From assembly GCF_003334815.1 (NCBI RefSeq), contig NZ_QOWO01000003.1: a DNA stretch of 64,000 nt. One strand, written 5' to 3'. The notes below the pieces were generated by a model. The model saw nothing but the letters and a program-made list of their open reading frames with translations, was not told the DNA's origin and ran no database searches. Positions 48,618 to 59,295 of this stretch are shown in pieces. The number at the start of each line of letters is the position of its first letter. Positions within the stretch are counted from its first letter, which is position 1. The DNA comes from Escherichia coli. GTDB taxonomy: Bacteria; Pseudomonadota; Gammaproteobacteria; Enterobacterales; Enterobacteriaceae. The position numbers and the translations under genes were made by a program.

Positions 48618-50039
48618 TTAAACAATGTCCAGCGTGCCCAGGCGGTATTTCCGCTGATAGATAAACGAGGTGAGTACAATCGGGATGATGATGGCGATAG
48701 CCATTGCCAGCGCAAACACCTGCCAGTAGCTCGGTTGAATCGAGAGAATTCCCGGCAGGCCGCCTACGCCGATGCCATTCGCCATAACGCCGTTCAGGCC
48801 GCATAGCAATCCTGCCAGACCAGAACCAATCATCGCGCACAGCATCGGGAAGCGATATTTCAGGTTGATGCCGTACATTGCAGGCTCAGTGACCCCAAGC
48901 CAGGCGGAGATAGCGGCAGGCACGGAGATCTCGCGTTCATTGTGCTTGCGGCTGGAAATGATAATGCCTATCACGGCGGAGCCCTGAGCGATATTCGACA
49001 GCGCAATCAGCGGCCACACTGGCGTACCACCCATGCTTTGAATCATCTGCAAATCAATAGCAAGCGTGGTCTGGTGTACACCGGTGATCACCAGCGGGGC
49101 GTACAGGAAGCCAAACAATGCTGCGCCAATAGGTGCAAAGCTGCCGGTCATCAGGTGACGTACCGCAAAGGCAACGCCATCGCCAATCATGCGTCCAAAC
49201 GGACCAATCAGCGCATGGGCGAGGAACACCGCGAGGATCAGCGAACAGACGGGCACCACCACCAGATAGAGGTAATCCGGCACGATGCGTTTAAGGCGAG
49301 TTTCAATAACGCCCAGCGCCAGCCCGGCTAACAGTGCCGGGATCACCTGCGCCTGATAGCCTACTTTGGCGATGCTGAACATGCCAAAGTCCCACACTTC
49401 CGGCAGCTGCTGCCCGAGCAGATAAGCGTTCATCAGCTGTGGAGAAACCAGCGTTACGCCAAGTACGATACCAAGGATCGGCGTGCCGCCCATTTTTTTC
49501 ACCGCTGACCAGCAAATCCCGACCGGCAGGTAGAAGAAGATCGCTTCACCGATCAACCACAGAAAATCGTAGATCGTTTGCAGGGAAGGGTACATTTGCG
49601 CCAGCGTTTGACCGTTGCTCATGGGCAAATCGCCGATCACATTGCGAAAACCGAGGATCAAACCGCCGCTAATCAACGCGGGCAGCAACGGGAAGAAGAT
49701 CTCCGCGAAATGAGAGATCAACTGCTCATGCCATTTCATATTCTGCCGGGCGGCTTTTTTTACCTGCTCTTTATCAACCTGCGCCTGTCCGGTTGACGCA
49801 ATCAGTGCTTGATAGTAATCACCCACATTGGTGCCAATCACCACCTGAAATTGCCCGGCATTGGTGAAACAGCCTTTCACCATGGGGAGTTGCTCAATTT
49901 CTTTCGGTCTGGCATTGGCCGGTTGGTTGAGGACAAAGCGCAGGCGAGTAATACAGTGGCTCACCGTCGCAATATTGCCGCGCCCGCCGACCAGTTCAAT
50001 CAACCGATCGATATCCGTTTGGTTTATTTTGCTCATCAT
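48618..50039 (-). CDS. treB: PTS trehalose-specific EIIBC component
   Basis: 473-aa ORF MMSKINQTDIDRLIELVGGRGNIATVSHCITRLRFVLNQPANARPKEIEQLPMVKG... (EIIB then polytopic EIIC). Confidence 0.95.
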   Translation of the reverse strand: MMSKINQTDIDRLIELVGGRGNIATVSHCITRLRFVLNQPANARPKEIEQLPMVKGCFTNAGQFQVVIGTNVGDYYQALIASTGQAQVDKEQVKKAARQNMKWHEQLISHFAEIFFPLLPALISGGLILGFRNVIGDLPMSNGQTLAQMYPSLQTIYDFLWLIGEAIFFYLPVGICWSAVKKMGGTPILGIVLGVTLVSPQLMNAYLLGQQLPEVWDFGMFSIAKVGYQAQVIPALLAGLALGVIETRLKRIVPDYLYLVVVPVCSLILAVFLAHALIGPFGRMIGDGVAFAVRHLMTGSFAPIGAALFGFLYAPLVITGVHQTTLAIDLQMIQSMGGTPVWPLIALSNIAQGSAVIGIIISSRKHNEREISVPAAISAWLGVTEPAMYGINLKYRFPMLCAMIGSGLAGLLCGLNGVMANGIGVGGLPGILSIQPSYWQVFALAMAIAIIIPIVLTSFIYQRKYRLGTLDIV

Positions 50040-50157
50040 AAAGCCCCATGGCAGATGACATTTTTGGTTGGCTGCAGAATATATTGCGCGGAAAAATTTA
50101 AAAACGGGAACGTTCCCGAAACGCAGCGAAGATCACAATTTATCGTTCAGGAAACGA

Positions 50158-51105
50158 TCAGGACAGGGTGGCGGGGATGATGATTTGTTGCGGTTCGCTG
50201 CGCCCGGTTACCTGTGCGATCAATTGGCAGGCCGCCTGGCGTCCAGCTTCGGCGTAACCAGGATCTACGGTGACGATCTCCGGATGAAGGAATTTCATTA
50301 ACGGCGTATTACCGACGCTCGCCAGTTGCAAGGTGTCGATGCGTTGCTCTTGCAGGTATTTACTTGCGCCAAGTGCCAGCGTGTCGGTTGCGCACAGTAA
50401 GGCGGTAGTTTCAGGCGTAATCACTTTTGCTACGTTCTCATAGCCTTGCTTCATAGCAAGCCCTGGCAGAGCGGCAACGGGATGCAGTTTATGCGCTTTG
50501 CAGAACGCCAGGTAGGCTTCGTGACGTCGCTTACCGGTCGTCACGTCACTGTGCGGCACGCCGAGATAACTGATATTACGATGCCCCTGGTCATAGAGCC
50601 GTTGCATCAGGATCTTGATTGCCCCTTCGTCGTCATAACAGACCGAAGCAAAGCCTTTTGCGTCACGCGCCAGCAGAACCAGCGATGACTGCCAGTGGGC
50701 TAACATTTCTTCTGTTATGCCGGTAAAACCGAACAGCACTACGCCGTCGATATTACGCCGTTTTAGGATCCCCAAATGTTCGGCAACTAATTGCGGGGAA
50801 AACTGACTTTCCATCATGATTGGGTCGTAACCTTGTTCATAGAACGCTGGCAGCATGGTTTGAACGGCGAGATTTTCTGACAACGAATCCAGGCGGGTAA
50901 CAATGATGGCGACCACTTTATCGCTTTGCCCACGCATAGCGCGCGCAGAGCGGGAAGGGGAAAATCCATGCTGATTCATCACTGCTTCCACGCGCTCGCG
51001 CGTGCGCTGGCTCACGCCGCTTTCGTTATTCAGCACCCGGGAAACCGTAGATTTCCCCACGCCGCTTAAGCGCGCGATGTCTTTGATGGTCAGCCGATTT
51101 TGCAT
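50158..51105 (-). CDS. treR: trehalose operon repressor TreR (LacI family)
   Basis: 315-aa ORF MQNRLTIKDIARLSGVGKSTVSRVLNNESGVSQRTRERVEAVMNQHGFSPS... Confidence 0.95.
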   Translation of the reverse strand: MQNRLTIKDIARLSGVGKSTVSRVLNNESGVSQRTRERVEAVMNQHGFSPSRSARAMRGQSDKVVAIIVTRLDSLSENLAVQTMLPAFYEQGYDPIMMESQFSPQLVAEHLGILKRRNIDGVVLFGFTGITEEMLAHWQSSLVLLARDAKGFASVCYDDEGAIKILMQRLYDQGHRNISYLGVPHSDVTTGKRRHEAYLAFCKAHKLHPVAALPGLAMKQGYENVAKVITPETTALLCATDTLALGASKYLQEQRIDTLQLASVGNTPLMKFLHPEIVTVDPGYAEAGRQAACQLIAQVTGRSEPQQIIIPATLS

Positions 51106-51179
51106 CCTGTTGTCCCGTAACGTGTTGTTTAATTATTTGAGGCTAACTTTACCCGTGCATTCAGCAATGGGTAAAGTCT

Positions 51180-51196
51180 GGTTTATCGTTGGTTTA
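51180..51196 (+). promoter_or_regulatory. PhoP box (direct repeat GGTTTA-N5-GGTTTA) of the mgtA promoter
   Basis: GGTTTAtcgttGGTTTA read directly; matches the PhoP-box direct-repeat consensus and the known PhoPQ control of mgtA. Confidence 0.75.
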
Positions 51197-51483
51197 GTTG
51201 CCAGCAGGTATTATATCGCCATAAATGCTACGAATATTATTGGATTCTCCTTATTATTTGCGGCGCTTTTTTCACTTACCGGAGGTTATATGGAACCTGA
51301 TCCCACGCCTCTCCCTCGACGGAGATTAAAACTTTTTCGGTAAGCCCGTCTTTTCACGGCGTTACCGGATGCGTAAGGCCGTGACGTTTTAACGTCCCTG
51401 CTCAGCTTTATTACCTTCAGGTAAGGCTTCGCCACGCCTGAAGACATTTCTGTACTGTTTCAGACAGTGCGGAGGGACTCCTT
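51197..51483 (+). promoter_or_regulatory. mgtA 5' leader (Mg2+- and proline-responsive attenuation region; contains mgtL)
   Basis: Long untranslated leader between the PhoP box and the mgtA start containing the proline-rich leader ORF; role assigned from established knowledge of the mgtA leader. Confidence 0.6.
51290..51343 (+). CDS. mgtL: mgtA leader peptide MgtL
   Basis: 17-codon [20 protein letters not shown] with GGAGG RBS, about 140 bp upstream of mgtA. Confidence 0.8.
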
Positions 51484-54180
51484 ATGTTTAAAGAAATTTT
51501 TACCCGGCTCATTCGCCATTTACCTTCCCGTCTGGTTCATCGTGATCCATTGCCTGGCGCGCAGCAGACAGTGAATACGGTGGTCCCGCCGTCCTTAAGT
51601 GCGCATTGCCTGAAAATGGCGGTGATGCCCGAAGAAGAATTGTGGAAAACGTTCGACACCCATCCGGAAGGGTTAAATCAGGCGGAAGTGGAATCTGCCC
51701 GCGAACAACATGGTGAAAATAAATTACCCGCACAACAACCGTCGCCGTGGTGGGTACATTTATGGGTCTGCTATCGCAACCCCTTTAATATTTTACTCAC
51801 CATTCTCGGCGCTATTTCTTACGCCACGGAAGATTTATTTGCCGCGGGCGTTATCGCGCTAATGGTCGCCATTTCTACGTTGCTGAACTTTATTCAGGAA
51901 GCACGTTCCACTAAAGCGGCAGATGCCCTGAAAGCGATGGTCAGCAATACTGCGACGGTGCTGCGCGTAATTAACGACAAAGGCGAAAATGGCTGGCTGG
52001 AGATCCCGATCGACCAGCTGGTGCCCGGCGATATTATAAAACTGGCGGCGGGGGATATGATCCCGGCAGATTTACGTATCTTGCAGGCGCGGGATCTGTT
52101 CGTCGCTCAGGCGTCGTTAACCGGTGAGTCTCTGCCCGTAGAAAAAGCAGCTACCACTCGCCAGCCGGAGCACAGCAATCCGCTGGAGTGCGACACCCTG
52201 TGTTTTATGGGCACCACCGTGGTGAGCGGCACGGCACAAGCAATGGTGATTGCTACAGGTGCCAATACCTGGTTTGGTCAACTGGCGGGGCGTGTTAGTG
52301 AGCAGGAAAGCGAGCCGAATGCCTTTCAGCAAGGGATCAGCCGCGTCAGTATGCTGCTGATTCGCTTTATGCTGGTGATGGCTCCGGTGGTGCTGTTAAT
52401 CAATGGTTACACCAAAGGCGACTGGTGGGAAGCGGCACTGTTTGCGCTTTCGGTCGCGGTAGGCTTAACGCCGGAAATGTTGCCGATGATTGTTACCTCG
52501 ACGCTGGCGCGCGGCGCAGTAAAGCTGTCGAAACAGAAAGTGATCGTCAAACATCTGGATGCTATTCAGAACTTTGGCGCAATGGATATTCTGTGCACTG
52601 ATAAAACTGGCACCCTGACACAGGACAAAATTGTGCTGGAGAATCATACCGATATCTCCGGTAAAACCAGCGAACGCGTGCTGCATAGCGCGTGGTTGAA
52701 CAGTCATTATCAGACCGGACTTAAAAACCTGCTCGATACAGCGGTGCTCGAAGGTACGGATGAAGAGTCAGCGCGCTCGCTGGCCAGTCGTTGGCAAAAA
52801 ATCGATGAGATTCCGTTTGATTTCGAGCGTCGCCGGATGTCGGTGGTAGTGGCAGAAAATACCGAGCACCATCAGCTGGTTTGCAAAGGTGCATTGCAGG
52901 AAATCCTCAATGTGTGTTCGCAGGTGCGTCACAATGGCGAGATTGTGCCGCTCGATGACATCATGCTGCGTAAGATTAAGCGGGTTACTGATACGCTGAA
53001 TCGTCAGGGGCTGCGCGTGGTTGCGGTGGCGACGAAATACCTGCCAGCGCGTGAAGGAGATTACCAGCGGGCGGATGAATCCGACCTGATCCTCGAAGGA
53101 TATATTGCTTTCCTTGATCCGCCAAAAGAGACAACTGCTCCGGCACTGAAGGCATTAAAAGCGAGTGGAATTACCGTAAAAATCCTTACTGGCGACAGTG
53201 AGTTAGTTGCAGCGAAAGTGTGCCATGAAGTGGGGCTGGACGCGGGAGAGGTGGTCATTGGTAGTGATATTGAAACGCTATCTGACGACGAACTGGCAAA
53301 TCTCGCACAGCGCACCACGCTGTTTGCTCGTCTGACGCCGATGCATAAAGAACGCATTGTGACCTTACTGAAGCGCGAAGGGCATGTGGTTGGCTTTATG
53401 GGCGATGGTATTAATGATGCGCCCGCCTTACGCGCTGCGGATATCGGCATTTCTGTGGACGGCGCGGTAGATATTGCCCGTGAAGCGGCTGATATCATCC
53501 TGCTGGAAAAAAGCCTGATGGTGCTGGAAGAGGGGGTTATTGAGGGACGTCGCACTTTCGCCAACATGCTGAAATACATCAAAATGACGGCGAGCTCTAA
53601 CTTCGGTAATGTGTTCAGCGTGCTGGTGGCGAGTGCTTTCTTGCCCTTCCTGCCGATGTTGCCGTTACACTTGCTTATTCAGAACCTGCTGTACGATGTG
53701 TCACAGGTGGCGATCCCGTTTGATAACGTCGACGACGAGCAAATTCAAAAGCCGCAGCGTTGGAATCCGGCGGATCTGGGGCGCTTTATGATCTTCTTCG
53801 GACCGATCAGCTCGATCTTCGATATTCTGACGTTTTGCCTGATGTGGTGGGTATTCCATGCCAACACGCCGGAAACGCAAACGCTGTTCCAGTCGGGATG
53901 GTTTGTGGTGGGCTTACTGTCGCAAACGCTGATTGTGCATATGATCCGTACCCGCCGTGTGCCGTTTATTCAGAGCTGTGCATCGTGGCCGTTAATGATC
54001 ATGACCGTGATCGTGATGATTGTCGGGATCGCATTGCCGTTTTCACCGCTGGCCAGTTATCTGCAGCTGCAGGCGCTGCCGTTAAGCTATTTCCCGTGGC
54101 TGGTTGCGATTCTGGCAGGGTATATGACGTTAACCCAGTTGGTGAAAGGGTTCTATAGCCGTCGTTACGGCTGGCAGTAA
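51484..54180 (+). CDS. mgtA: Mg2+-importing P-type ATPase MgtA
   Basis: 898-aa ORF with P-type ATPase motifs DKTGTLT, TGDS and GDGINDAPAL. Confidence 0.97.
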   Translation: MFKEIFTRLIRHLPSRLVHRDPLPGAQQTVNTVVPPSLSAHCLKMAVMPEEELWKTFDTHPEGLNQAEVESAREQHGENKLPAQQPSPWWVHLWVCYRNPFNILLTILGAISYATEDLFAAGVIALMVAISTLLNFIQEARSTKAADALKAMVSNTATVLRVINDKGENGWLEIPIDQLVPGDIIKLAAGDMIPADLRILQARDLFVAQASLTGESLPVEKAATTRQPEHSNPLECDTLCFMGTTVVSGTAQAMVIATGANTWFGQLAGRVSEQESEPNAFQQGISRVSMLLIRFMLVMAPVVLLINGYTKGDWWEAALFALSVAVGLTPEMLPMIVTSTLARGAVKLSKQKVIVKHLDAIQNFGAMDILCTDKTGTLTQDKIVLENHTDISGKTSERVLHSAWLNSHYQTGLKNLLDTAVLEGTDEESARSLASRWQKIDEIPFDFERRRMSVVVAENTEHHQLVCKGALQEILNVCSQVRHNGEIVPLDDIMLRKIKRVTDTLNRQGLRVVAVATKYLPAREGDYQRADESDLILEGYIAFLDPPKETTAPALKALKASGITVKILTGDSELVAAKVCHEVGLDAGEVVIGSDIETLSDDELANLAQRTTLFARLTPMHKERIVTLLKREGHVVGFMGDGINDAPALRAADIGISVDGAVDIAREAADIILLEKSLMVLEEGVIEGRRTFANMLKYIKMTASSNFGNVFSVLVASAFLPFLPMLPLHLLIQNLLYDVSQVAIPFDNVDDEQIQKPQRWNPADLGRFMIFFGPISSIFDILTFCLMWWVFHANTPETQTLFQSGWFVVGLLSQTLIVHMIRTRRVPFIQSCASWPLMIMTVIVMIVGIALPFSPLASYLQLQALPLSYFPWLVAILAGYMTLTQLVKGFYSRRYGWQ

Positions 54181-54239
54181 AGAATAAACTGGGCACGATA
54201 GCCCCGATTCAGATTGCAGACAAAGTGAGCGTTGTTCAT

Positions 54240-54335
54240 GCCGGATGCGGCGTAAATGCCTTATCCGGCCTACAAATTCAATCAATTGCAGGAATCACGT
54301 AGGCCTGATAAGCGTAGCGCATCAGGCAATTTTGC
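54240..54335. repeat. REP/BIME element downstream of mgtA
   Basis: gccggatgcggcgtaaatgccttatccggcctac...gtaggcctgataagcgtagcgcatcaggca. Confidence 0.75.
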
Positions 54336-54385
54336 GTTTGTCATCAGATTTAATCCGGGCATGATAGCCCGGATTTCCATCAAGA

Positions 54386-54772
54386 TTAGCGACGAACAGC
54401 GATCGCTTCGATCTCAATTTTTACGTCTTTCGGCAGACGGGCAACTTCAACGCAAGAACGTGCCGGGAAGGTGGCATTGTGTTCGGTGAAGAAGGCTTCG
54501 TAGGTAGCATTAACGGTTGCGAAGTCGTTCAGATCTTTCACAAACACGGTGGTTTTAACGATGTCGCCCACTTTCAGGCCTGCGGCTTCGACGATCGCTT
54601 TTACGTTATCCAGCGACTGACGTGCCTGTGCAGCGACGTCTGCCGGTACTTCGCCCGTTTTCGGATTTACCGGGATCTGGCCGGAGGTGATGATCATATT
54701 GCCCAGATCAACGCCCTGTACGTAAGGACCGATAGCTGCCGGTGCATTTTCCGTCGCGATAGTTTTGCTCAT
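54386..54772 (-). CDS. ridA: 2-iminobutanoate/2-iminopropanoate deaminase RidA (YjgF)
   Basis: Internal ATG gives MSKTIATENAPAAIGPYVQGVDLGNMIITSGQIPVNPKTGEVPADVAAQARQSLDNVKAIVEAAGLKVGDIVKTTVFVKDLNDF... (128 aa). Confidence 0.95.
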   Translation of the reverse strand: MSKTIATENAPAAIGPYVQGVDLGNMIITSGQIPVNPKTGEVPADVAAQARQSLDNVKAIVEAAGLKVGDIVKTTVFVKDLNDFATVNATYEAFFTEHNATFPARSCVEVARLPKDVKIEIEAIAVRR

Positions 54773-54844
54773 GATTTCTCCTTTATTACAGCGGTAAAAA
54801 GTCTGGCTCATTATAGGGAGCCAGACTTTTATTACCAACCGCAA

Positions 54845-55306
54845 TTAATTGGCCAGCACCACATTATGGGAAAACTCTTTTTCACAGTATTTGCATTTGA
54901 GCGCGATGTCATTGGCGCGTTTTCGCACGGCAAAGCTGGAAGAAACCGGTTCGGCATGGCTGATACAGTTGCTGTTCGGGCAGACCAGCACATTGTCGAT
55001 GCGCTCCGGCAGACTGGGGCGCGATTTACCCACCACTTCATAGTTGTCGATACGGTTAACCGTGGCTTGCGGCGCATACAATGCCAGTTGATCTACCTGA
55101 TCTTCACTCAAAAAGGTATTTTCGATTTTGATCAGATCTTTGCGGCCCATCTCGCCAGAAGGCAGGTTCAGACCAATGGTGATGCGCTGATCCGTTTCGG
55201 TCAGCTTGAACAGACTCAACAGCTTAAAACCGATCTGGGCGGGGATATGGTCAATTACCGTGCCGCGTTTAATAGCTTCAACCTGCAATTTATTATCGTG
55301 TGTCAT
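54845..55306 (-). CDS. pyrI: aspartate carbamoyltransferase regulatory chain
   Basis: 153-aa [54 protein letters not shown]... with C-terminal Zn-binding Cys cluster. Confidence 0.97.
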
Positions 55307-55318
55307 CTCTATTTCCCC

Positions 55319-56254
55319 TTACAGTACCAGATCGCGATTCAGAACCAGTGCCAGTAACGCCTGGCGAGCGAAAATCCCGTTGCCTGCCTGCTGGAAGTAC
55401 CAGGCGTGTGGCGTTTTATCAACATCCGTCGCAATCTCATCAACACGCGGCAGCGGATGCAGCACTTTCATATTGGCTTTGGCGTTGTGGAGATCGCTGG
55501 CGCGAAGAACAAACTGCGCTTTCACGTTGGCGTACTCGGACGGGTCCAGACGCTCTTTTTGCACGCGGGTCATGTACAGGATGTCTACTTCCGCCATCAC
55601 TTCTTCAATAGAGCTGTGCAGACTCCATGCGATCCCTTTTTCATCGAGCATATCCAGAATGTATTGCGGCATTGCCAGCGCGTCCGGCGCGATGAAGTAA
55701 AAACGGTTGCCATCGAACTTCGCTAACGCCTGAGTCAGGGAGTGAACGGTGCGGCCATATTTCAGGTCACCAACCATTGTGACGTGGAGATTGTCCAGAC
55801 GCCCCTGGGTTTCCTGAATAGTGAATAAGTCCAGCAAGGTTTGCGTCGGATGTTGGTTGGAGCCATCACCGGCATTCAGTACCGGTACATTGCCGGAAAA
55901 CTCGGTGGCCAGGCGCGCCGCACCTTCCTGCGGATGACGCATCACTATCGCATCGACGTAAGTGCTGATAACCGAAATGGTATCGGCCAGCGTTTCGCCC
56001 TTTTTACCCAGTGATGTATTGGCGCTGTCGGAGAAGCCCACCACGCTGGCACCCAGGCGGTGCATAGATGTTTCGAAAGAGAGGCGGGTACGGGTAGAGG
56101 CTTCGAAGAAACAGCTGGCAATGACTTTGTGCTTCAACAGCTCTGGTTGCGGGTTTGCTTTCAGTTTCGCCGCTGTCGCCAGCACCAGATTAAGGTCATC
56201 GCGACTAAGGTCGTTTATGGAAATGATATGTTTCTGATATAGCGGATTAGCCAT
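55319..56254 (-). CDS. pyrB: aspartate carbamoyltransferase catalytic chain
   Basis: 311-aa [63 protein letters not shown]... (STRTR carbamoyl-phosphate-binding motif). Confidence 0.97.
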   Translation of the reverse strand: MANPLYQKHIISINDLSRDDLNLVLATAAKLKANPQPELLKHKVIASCFFEASTRTRLSFETSMHRLGASVVGFSDSANTSLGKKGETLADTISVISTYVDAIVMRHPQEGAARLATEFSGNVPVLNAGDGSNQHPTQTLLDLFTIQETQGRLDNLHVTMVGDLKYGRTVHSLTQALAKFDGNRFYFIAPDALAMPQYILDMLDEKGIAWSLHSSIEEVMAEVDILYMTRVQKERLDPSEYANVKAQFVLRASDLHNAKANMKVLHPLPRVDEIATDVDKTPHAWYFQQAGNGIFARQALLALVLNRDLVL

Positions 56255-56257
56255 CTT

Positions 56258-56392
56258 TTATCTCCTGACGCCTGGGCAAAAAAAAGCCCCTCGATTGAGG
56301 GGCTGGGAATGGGTGATCAACGGGAAGAAAAACGGCAGGCCAGCGTCTTTTTTCAGACGCGGTAAGACAAAATGTCGAACACACTGAACCAT
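56258..56392 (-). CDS. pyrL: pyrBI operon leader peptide
   Basis: Internal ATG gives MVQCVRHFVLPRLKKDAGLPFFFPLITHSQPLNRGAFFCPGVRR (44 aa), matching PyrL as I recall it. Confidence 0.9.
   Translation of the reverse strand: MVQCVRHFVLPRLKKDAGLPFFFPLITHSQPLNRGAFFCPGVRR
56275..56303 (-). terminator. pyrBI attenuator (Rho-independent terminator within the 3' part of pyrL)
   Basis: Minus-strand GCCCCTC-aatc-GAGGGGC hairpin followed by a run of eight U, 21-49 bp upstream of the pyrB start. Confidence 0.85.
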
Positions 56393-56672
56393 ACATCCTC
56401 CCGGCAAATTGTCCGGCATTATACTCATAGCCAGAAGCGGTGCAAGCATTTGATGCAATATTTTGTCAGCGCAAACGGTTTATTTGAATTAAAAGTCAAA
56501 ATGTATGCATTTTTATTTGCTTTGATTCTGGAGGAGAACTGTCGTTCGGTATCAATAATTGCAGACATTTCCTGCTTTTTTCTTTTTCACTTTCACGCAA
56601 TCAGATATGCATTTTATTCCATTCATCCGACTTATAGGGCGGAGTGTGAAAACGAACGGCTAACACTATTGC

Positions 56673-57068
56673 TTACAGCTCAGGGATGCGCGCTATCACT
56701 TTAATTTCAAAATCAAAGCCTGCCAGCCAGGTAACGCCCACCGCCGTCCAGTTTGGATAAGGAGGGGCGCTAAATATTTCATTTTTGACCGTCATGATGT
56801 CTTCAAATTGTTTTTCCGGATCGGTATGAAAGCTCGTAACATCAATGATATCGTCAAAAGTGCATCCCGCAGCAGCCAGGGTCGCATGCAAATTATCAAA
56901 TGCCAGTCTGACTTGTTGCTGAAAATCGGGTTCTGGTGTTCCGTCCTCTCGACTTCCTACTTGCCCGGAAACAAACAGCAAATCGCCGGAACGAATAGCC
57001 GCAGAATAACGATGCTCAGCATACAGTGAATGTCGGCCAGCAGGGAAAACAGCGGTTCTTTCTACCAT
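56673..57068 (-). CDS. yjgH: RidA/YjgF-family protein YjgH
   Basis: 131-aa ORF MVERTAVFPAGRHSLYAEHRYSAAIRSGDLLFVSGQVGSREDGTPEPDFQQQVRLAFDNLHATLAAAG... Confidence 0.85.
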   Translation of the reverse strand: MVERTAVFPAGRHSLYAEHRYSAAIRSGDLLFVSGQVGSREDGTPEPDFQQQVRLAFDNLHATLAAAGCTFDDIIDVTSFHTDPEKQFEDIMTVKNEIFSAPPYPNWTAVGVTWLAGFDFEIKVIARIPEL

Positions 57069-57198
57069 TTGGTTATCCTCAAGATTTACGACATGAACAG
57101 AAGATTTCTCTTTACCGGGAGCCGCTTTTAGCGGACGACGTGAGTAAACAAAACCCAGACATCATGGATAATGGCTGGGCTTAATTGAGCGTAGTCGG

Positions 57199-57912
57199 TT
57201 ATGCGCCAAACGCGCCATCAATGGTATGCATCGCGCCGGTAACAAAACTGGCTTCTGGCCCTGCTAACCATGCGACCATACCAGCGACCTCTTCCGGTTG
57301 CCCATGTCTTTTGATAGCCATCAAACTATGCAACATATCGCGCATTGGCCCGTTGGCGGGATTAGCGTCGGTATCAATTGGCCCTGGCTGGACGACGTTA
57401 ATGGTGATCCCACGCGGTCCAAAATCACGGGCCAGCCCGCGCGCCATGCCTTGCAGGGCAGATTTGCTGGCGGCATAAGCAGCCATGCCTGCAACAGGCA
57501 TACGATCGCCATTCACGGAGCCGATGATTAAGATGCGCCCGCCTTCGGGCATCTGCCGGGCGGCTTCAACAGAGGCATGATAAGGAGCATGAATATTGAT
57601 TTTGAAAAGGCGATCAATATCGTCGGCATTTAATTCCAGGGCATCGCCAAAGACGCCAATACCTGCATTTACCACCAGGATATCCAATGCGCCGCTCTTA
57701 CGAACGACATCAATGACAGCGTCTCTGTCAGCACTATCTGTAAATACTGCTGTCGCTCCAGTCTCTTGTGCCAGATGTTCAGCGGCATCTTTCGACCCCG
57801 CATAGGTGAATCGTACATTGGCCCCATCAGTGACGAAACGACGTACGATAGCGGCACCGATTCCACGACTGCCACCGAGGATGAGAACTGTCTTACCTGT
57901 AAAAGCGCCCAT
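57199..57912 (-). CDS. bdcA: SDR-family oxidoreductase BdcA (YjgI)
   Basis: Internal ATG gives MGAFTGKTVLILGGSRGIGAAIVRRFVTDGANVRFTYAGSKDAAEHLAQETGA... (237 aa); the ORF track is extended 26 codons upstream. Confidence 0.9.
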   Translation of the reverse strand: MGAFTGKTVLILGGSRGIGAAIVRRFVTDGANVRFTYAGSKDAAEHLAQETGATAVFTDSADRDAVIDVVRKSGALDILVVNAGIGVFGDALELNADDIDRLFKINIHAPYHASVEAARQMPEGGRILIIGSVNGDRMPVAGMAAYAASKSALQGMARGLARDFGPRGITINVVQPGPIDTDANPANGPMRDMLHSLMAIKRHGQPEEVAGMVAWLAGPEASFVTGAMHTIDGAFGA

Positions 57913-57982
57913 AAGGACTCCTTGATTTATTATGTAACATGCATTACAAAACTGTTTTAACTTTCTGTCAACAAGTTTTGTA

Positions 57983-58576
57983 ATGGTCACTAAAAAACAA
58001 TCTCGCGTTCCAGGTCGTCCCAGACGTTTCGCTCCTGAGCAGGCAGTCTCTGCGGCAAAAGTGCTTTTTCACCAAAAAGGTTTCGATGCTGTCAGTGTTG
58101 CTGAAGTTACTGATTATCTTGGTATTAACCCCCCGAGCCTCTACGCAGCTTTTGGCAGTAAAGTTGGGTTATTTAGCCGTGTACTCAATGAATATGTCGG
58201 TACGGAAGCTATTCCGCTTGCCGATATTCTTCGTGATGATCGTCCGGTAGGCGAGTGCCTGGTTGAGGTATTAAAAGAAGCGGCGCGCAGATATAGCCAA
58301 AACGGCGGCTGCGCTGGCTGTATGGTTCTTGAAGGTATTCATAGTCATGATCCACAAGCGCGTGATATTGCCGTTCAATATTATCACGCCGCAGAAACGA
58401 CCATTTATGACTATATCGCCAGGCGGCATCCACAAAGCGCACAATGTGTGACTGATTTTATGAGTACCGTGATGTCAGGGCTTTCTGCGAAGGCACGGGA
58501 GGGGCACTCCATCGAACAACTCTGTGCAACAGCTGCACTGGCGGGGGAAGCGATAAAAACTATTCTCAAGGAGTGA
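57983..58576 (+). CDS. bdcR: TetR-family regulator BdcR (YjgJ)
   Basis: 197-aa ORF MVTKKQSRVPGRPRRFAPEQAVSAAKVLFHQKGFDAVSVAEVTDYLGINPPSLYAAFGSK...; divergent from bdcA. Confidence 0.88.
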   Translation: MVTKKQSRVPGRPRRFAPEQAVSAAKVLFHQKGFDAVSVAEVTDYLGINPPSLYAAFGSKVGLFSRVLNEYVGTEAIPLADILRDDRPVGECLVEVLKEAARRYSQNGGCAGCMVLEGIHSHDPQARDIAVQYYHAAETTIYDYIARRHPQSAQCVTDFMSTVMSGLSAKAREGHSIEQLCATAALAGEAIKTILKE

Positions 58577-58708
58577 TGCTGGCCTTGACCCGAAAGGCGG
58601 GAACGCGCCTGCCGATAAGTTGTGATAAGACAATAATTCACGCGTTAAGGCTAGCGGAATTGATCATCTTTTCGTATAACGGTGGAAATGAAACATTGTT
58701 TTAATTAA

Positions 58709-59173
<465 letters not shown>

Positions 59174-59295
59174 TGACTTTTCGCCGTAAATAACTCCAGG
59201 TTTACGGCGAGTTTGTGAAAAGAGCGTTTTTTGATATTTTTTTGTGAGTAGAATTTGTAATGCTTAGACGTTCTTATTAACTCAAGGAGTCCGTC

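Noticed and set aside
54479-55357. 292-aa ORF spanning ridA and pyrI on the opposite strand
   Set aside because: Overlaps two known convergently packed genes; no independent coding signal.
59182-59215. Hairpin CGCCGTAAA...TTTACGGCG after tabA as a terminator
   Set aside because: Long loop and no clear U-run downstream; cannot be supported as a Rho-independent terminator from sequence alone.
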